29,707 bases of DNA from positions 1-29,707 of IMG/VR virus record IMGVR_UViG_3300031519_000149. One strand, written 5' to 3'. Below are positions 28,001 to 29,707 of this stretch, piece by piece. Origin of the DNA: a virus (Duplodnaviria; Caudoviricetes). The translations under genes and the position numbers were made by a program. The notes below the pieces were generated by a model. It had not been told where the DNA came from. It saw only the letters and a list, made by a program, of their open reading frames with translations, and did not search any database. Position 1 is the stretch's first letter; each line of letters starts with the position of its first letter.

Positions 28001-29707
28001 GTTTTATTCTTAACCAAGACAACATTAAAGAATGGGCACCAACTTTTATATATCCAAAAGGATCTATAGTTAGATACAAATCTAAATATTGGTCAGCAAC
28101 AACAACAGTTCAGCCATCAACTATATTTGTAGATAATCTATGGACAATAACAGACTATGATCAAATACAAAAAGGTTTATTACCTAACTCTGCCACTCGT
28201 TCATATGAAAGCACATTATATTATAACAGCAACAAAGCAAATTTAGAAAATGATGCTGATCAATTGTCATTCTCGCTTATCGGCTTTAGACCGAGAGATT
28301 ATCTTGCGTCAATTAACTTGACTGATATTACACAAGTTAATGTTTATAAAAATTTAATTAAAACAAAAGGAACACCTAACTCAGTTTCTGCCTTCAAGGG
28401 AGCAACACTGCCATCAGGTGGTATAAACTATGATGTTTATGAAAACTGGGGAATTCTTGCAGGAGAGTTCGGTGGAACACTAAACAATAACTTTGTAGAC
28501 TTTAAGTTAGATCAATCAAAATTAACAGGTAATCCTTCAATTGTTTCATTAACAACAGGGGTGTTTACAGAAGGCTCACAGCAAGAAGTCTATCTTGCGA
28601 ATTTATTTAATTATGCTAGACCTATCGAATCACCTGATGTATTATCAGAACTAGCATATGAACCAGCATCGAAATTATATCCGACAGCAGGCTTTGTCAA
28701 CTACGATGATGTCAAAATGGCTGCCTATTATTATGCTAACCTACCAAGAGCAGTTGGTCCAAATGATGTCGAAGTTCCAATTACTGATTTTTATGTTAGA
28801 GACTATGTTTGGTTAGCAAACTTCAAAGAAAAGTGGAGAGTGTATTCTTGGAAACCAGTAGGCAGAGTTGTTGGTGTTACACCAAACACAAACGGCACGA
28901 CAACAATTACATTTGCTAACAGACATGGATTAAGTCTATTAGATCCATTGTCATTAATCAATGTAGCATCTAATGTTAATGGCTATTATGTTTGTACTGT
29001 CATCGATGATTTAAGATCAGTCACTATTAATTTGCCATTGAGTCAACCACCACAAACGTTAACTGGTAACGGTTTGGGCTTGACATTTATTGATCAACGT
29101 GTTACAAAACCTTCAGAGATTAATACACTAGATTTAAACGAAGCAGAGTTTGTTAAAAACACAGTATGGGTAGACGAAGCATCTGATGGTAATTGGGGAG
29201 TATATCGCAAGTCGCTTAATTATAACTCAACTGATATTTTAAATCGGGCTGATGGCGGAACATTTGGTAGTGCTGTAGCATATATCAAAGACACAAATAG
29301 TTATTGGTTAGGAGACTCACAAGTAGGTAGAGTCTATCGTTATATCTTTGATTCTGAAACTAATACAGTTGTACAAGACGAAGATCCTAGCGGCATATTA
29401 CCAGCTGGTGTAGCAAGACCAACGTTCGGTACAGCAATCGCATACTCAGAACGTTTGTTTGTCATTACAGAAACAACTGATGGTGGTGGCTTGCCATCTG
29501 GTAAAGTCTACATCTACACAGTAAATGATTCAATAGTAGATGATGATCCTTTATTGCTACAAACATTGACAGTTGGAGCAGGAGCAGGTACTTGCGTGAC
29601 TATCAGTGATGATCAGAATTGGATTTATGTTGGTGACCCACTAAACAATCAAGTAGAACGATTCAGTAGAGAACGTATACCTTTAACAGCAGGTTACTTT
29701 ACTGCGA
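22093..29707 (+). CDS. Giant baseplate/tail-fibre structural protein (>2,538 aa; runs off the right window edge)
   Basis: Absent from the ORF track, consistent with no stop before the window end. Begins MARIRTLQFLPEIFKTSTNAQFLGATLDQL and is in frame and open at spot checks (28021, 29221, 29641). It follows gp6 (the gp7 position) and has Thr/Val-rich beta modules and propeller-like repeats near the edge. Confidence 0.85.
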   Translation, partial: MARIRTLQFLPEIFKTSTNAQFLGATLDQLVNDPVTTKLQGYVGSKFGYGVNAKDYYVTEPNATRTDYQLAPGVAFLNENQASAKDFLSYPELIDALKLSGSVVNDNDRLFKSEFYSWDSFTNLDKLINFNQYYWIPEGPPVVAVSSAIVFSETDYVITDTANAYNIRPQSSATGTLNPTLTLLRGGTYRFAVNQETQFWIQGVPGITGLDGAQNTRNILGVNNNGASQGYVTFTVPQRNAQDQYLFPGNNTVDVVSTKLFSEINGQTLSTIGNIDGVTSLENLTVMFYNTEEPNEVGFVQSFFDENGANYDVNLTSTSIVAPVTLAITETTADAIITSGSTADLFLNQTVTFTQPDGTPLLGGLDVDIIYYIKEIVNATTFRISAQLNGPALTSLTPETGTMNANINEGLFEEGFYTNVSENFYTITYVGDVTNPTIRLIPANVIPTEEKITTQFGTDYIGLDFYRNEFGVILEIPYLSALLDTLYYQDGTNTNKVGSIRLIESNLTNTLNVDEDVIGKKTFKSTNGVEFTNGLKVEFQGDIVPSSYLSGEYYVEGVGEAIQLIPTTDLTVPEDFTGTEFIPYDTLNYSIGNFDVELFIPIDEDYITIARNAINKNAWSRSNRWFHIDVIQASADYNDNPTIITTYATGKNKAKRPIIEFYPNLKLFDAGTEAKAPVDFVDTRTTNAFAQVANQQAYYPDIESYTTYNATIAAATAATTTTITTATANITKPFQVGQSVADSTNLLPRNTTITAINVTGINTVLTVVWDTASTFISTSVASIVGSDTNVNNYQLFSGARVVFTADTDSQVKNKIYVVGFSTITPGSTPIITLSETVDSPVLVDNQTVALRGYYNQGSTFWFDGTAWEEGQQKLTVNQAPLFNVYDKNAVSFGDATIYQGTSFLGDKLFAYGKGTGTNDPVLGFPVRYSDIVNQGDISFDVSLNIDTFSYVTGTTPVTTKVNTGYVYNYDTRITKTRELGWQTALAPSVQYQIFELEYTKGTTAKFTCDVAVIPEDATVTAKWPSVQVYVNNVYQLPTEYTVTSTDTSTIVTLNTAPTADTPIQILVLSNQTSATAYYSIPINLSNNPFNENLQTADIGDIRQQYQDIFINNPSSTGVVFGANNLRDLGNLVPYGTSIIQNSAALVLPSIFLRKSEHNLFNALQFNSQQYVNYKQLIVKTVNDINWSQRFSPSYILDTALDQIVASKSEGASFFWSDMLPSQSPYKTNTYTFANALQESIYPLSQTYDFTQANYNSVLVYLTRTISGVTTTTQLIKDTDYTVSTTAPSLTVTKSLIPNDQITIKEYNQTYGSFVPNTPTKLGMYPKYQPAVVLDPNYQTPVYMLRGHDGSYTSLYTLDYTPATGLTDFRDQALLEFETRIYNNIKLSTIVPIQAYEVVPGFFRESTYSTEDYLKIYSQNFLNWVGQNRINYKTQNGYTQANEFSWNYWQSANKLTETPILQGYWRGVYEYFYGTSQPNIAPWEMLGFSEMPLWWTAQYGAAPYTSENSIMWNDIEAGIIYNTGGTTSVTVKELKRPGLSKILPVDDHGDLKSPMQTLVGNYDNNLFKRDWKVGDDAPAEFSYRRSSSYPFDLMRIFALTRPADFFNLGADLDNYKYNTEFKQYLVDDRSHLDISAIKVYGSGTAKTSYINWVVDYEKQQGIDATTTITSLFNNVDVRLIYRLAGFSDKTLLKFFVEKVTPNSNNSSLLIPDESYQVLLHDNQPNDQIKFSSVVIQLVNNGWRVFGNSQSQAFFTIDQPITGSGTTKVTVDDYSVNIANKYTTKDSEEKVIPYGTQFYTLQQLSQFLASYGSYLVRKGMVFDNIENSVELNWELMIKEYLYWAQYNWETGSIITVNPAAQQLKIEKESDIVQPLTIEQENFLLNQNLYQIAIKDLNIERLDTKFQVKTLNAGDAMAYGQFQLSNIEHGVVFDNNTLFNDVIYNLVTGLRQNRIYLRGTKTADWNGTLMASGFILNQDNIKEWAPTFIYPKGSIVRYKSKYWSATTTVQPSTIFVDNLWTITDYDQIQKGLLPNSATRSYESTLYYNSNKANLENDADQLSFSLIGFRPRDYLASINLTDITQVNVYKNLIKTKGTPNSVSAFKGATLPSGGINYDVYENWGILAGEFGGTLNNNFVDFKLDQSKLTGNPSIVSLTTGVFTEGSQQEVYLANLFNYARPIESPDVLSELAYEPASKLYPTAGFVNYDDVKMAAYYYANLPRAVGPNDVEVPITDFYVRDYVWLANFKEKWRVYSWKPVGRVVGVTPNTNGTTTITFANRHGLSLLDPLSLINVASNVNGYYVCTVIDDLRSVTINLPLSQPPQTLTGNGLGLTFIDQRVTKPSEINTLDLNEAEFVKNTVWVDEASDGNWGVYRKSLNYNSTDILNRADGGTFGSAVAYIKDTNSYWLGDSQVGRVYRYIFDSETNTVVQDEDPSGILPAGVARPTFGTAIAYSERLFVITETTDGGGLPSGKVYIYTVNDSIVDDDPLLLQTLTVGAGAGTCVTISDDQNWIYVGDPLNNQVERFSRERIPLTAGYFTA

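Noticed and set aside
1-29707. CRISPR array, tRNA/rRNA, IS element, genome-wide stop-codon reassignment, or bacterial T6SS/eCIS locus
   Set aside because: No spaced repeats, cloverleafs or transposases were seen by eye; genes are full length in the standard code; portal, gp55, gp46/47 and late promoters indicate a phage.

Overview
A 29.7-kb, AT-rich segment of a large T4-related (probably jumbo) myovirus genome, read in the standard genetic code. From left to right it contains: the 5' part of a T4 gp20-like portal gene and a tape-measure-like gene (both minus strand); a divergent gp26-like baseplate hub/assembly gene followed by a start-less gp51-like frame that sits behind a canonical T_TTT_TTC -1 slippery site; a ~530-bp non-coding gap (an AT-rich hairpin block plus a GC-enriched, multi-hairpin ~350-nt element); a minus-strand block of gp55 late sigma, gp47, gp46, radical SAM and Hjc-like nuclease; and a plus-strand baseplate operon. 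That operon holds a tube initiator-like gene, gp53, a hub, a gp5-like spike, an Ala/Gly-rich protein ending in a Hint domain, gp25, gp6 and a giant >2,500-aa virion protein that runs off the window. T4-like late promoters (NNTAAATA) and two sigma70 promoters are readable. The best leads are the candidate structured ncRNA beside the Hjc-like nuclease, the gp26/gp51 programmed frameshift, the non-splicing Hint domain on a virion protein, and a repeated face-to-face late-promoter cassette. All protein calls come from motif recognition and synteny, not database searches.
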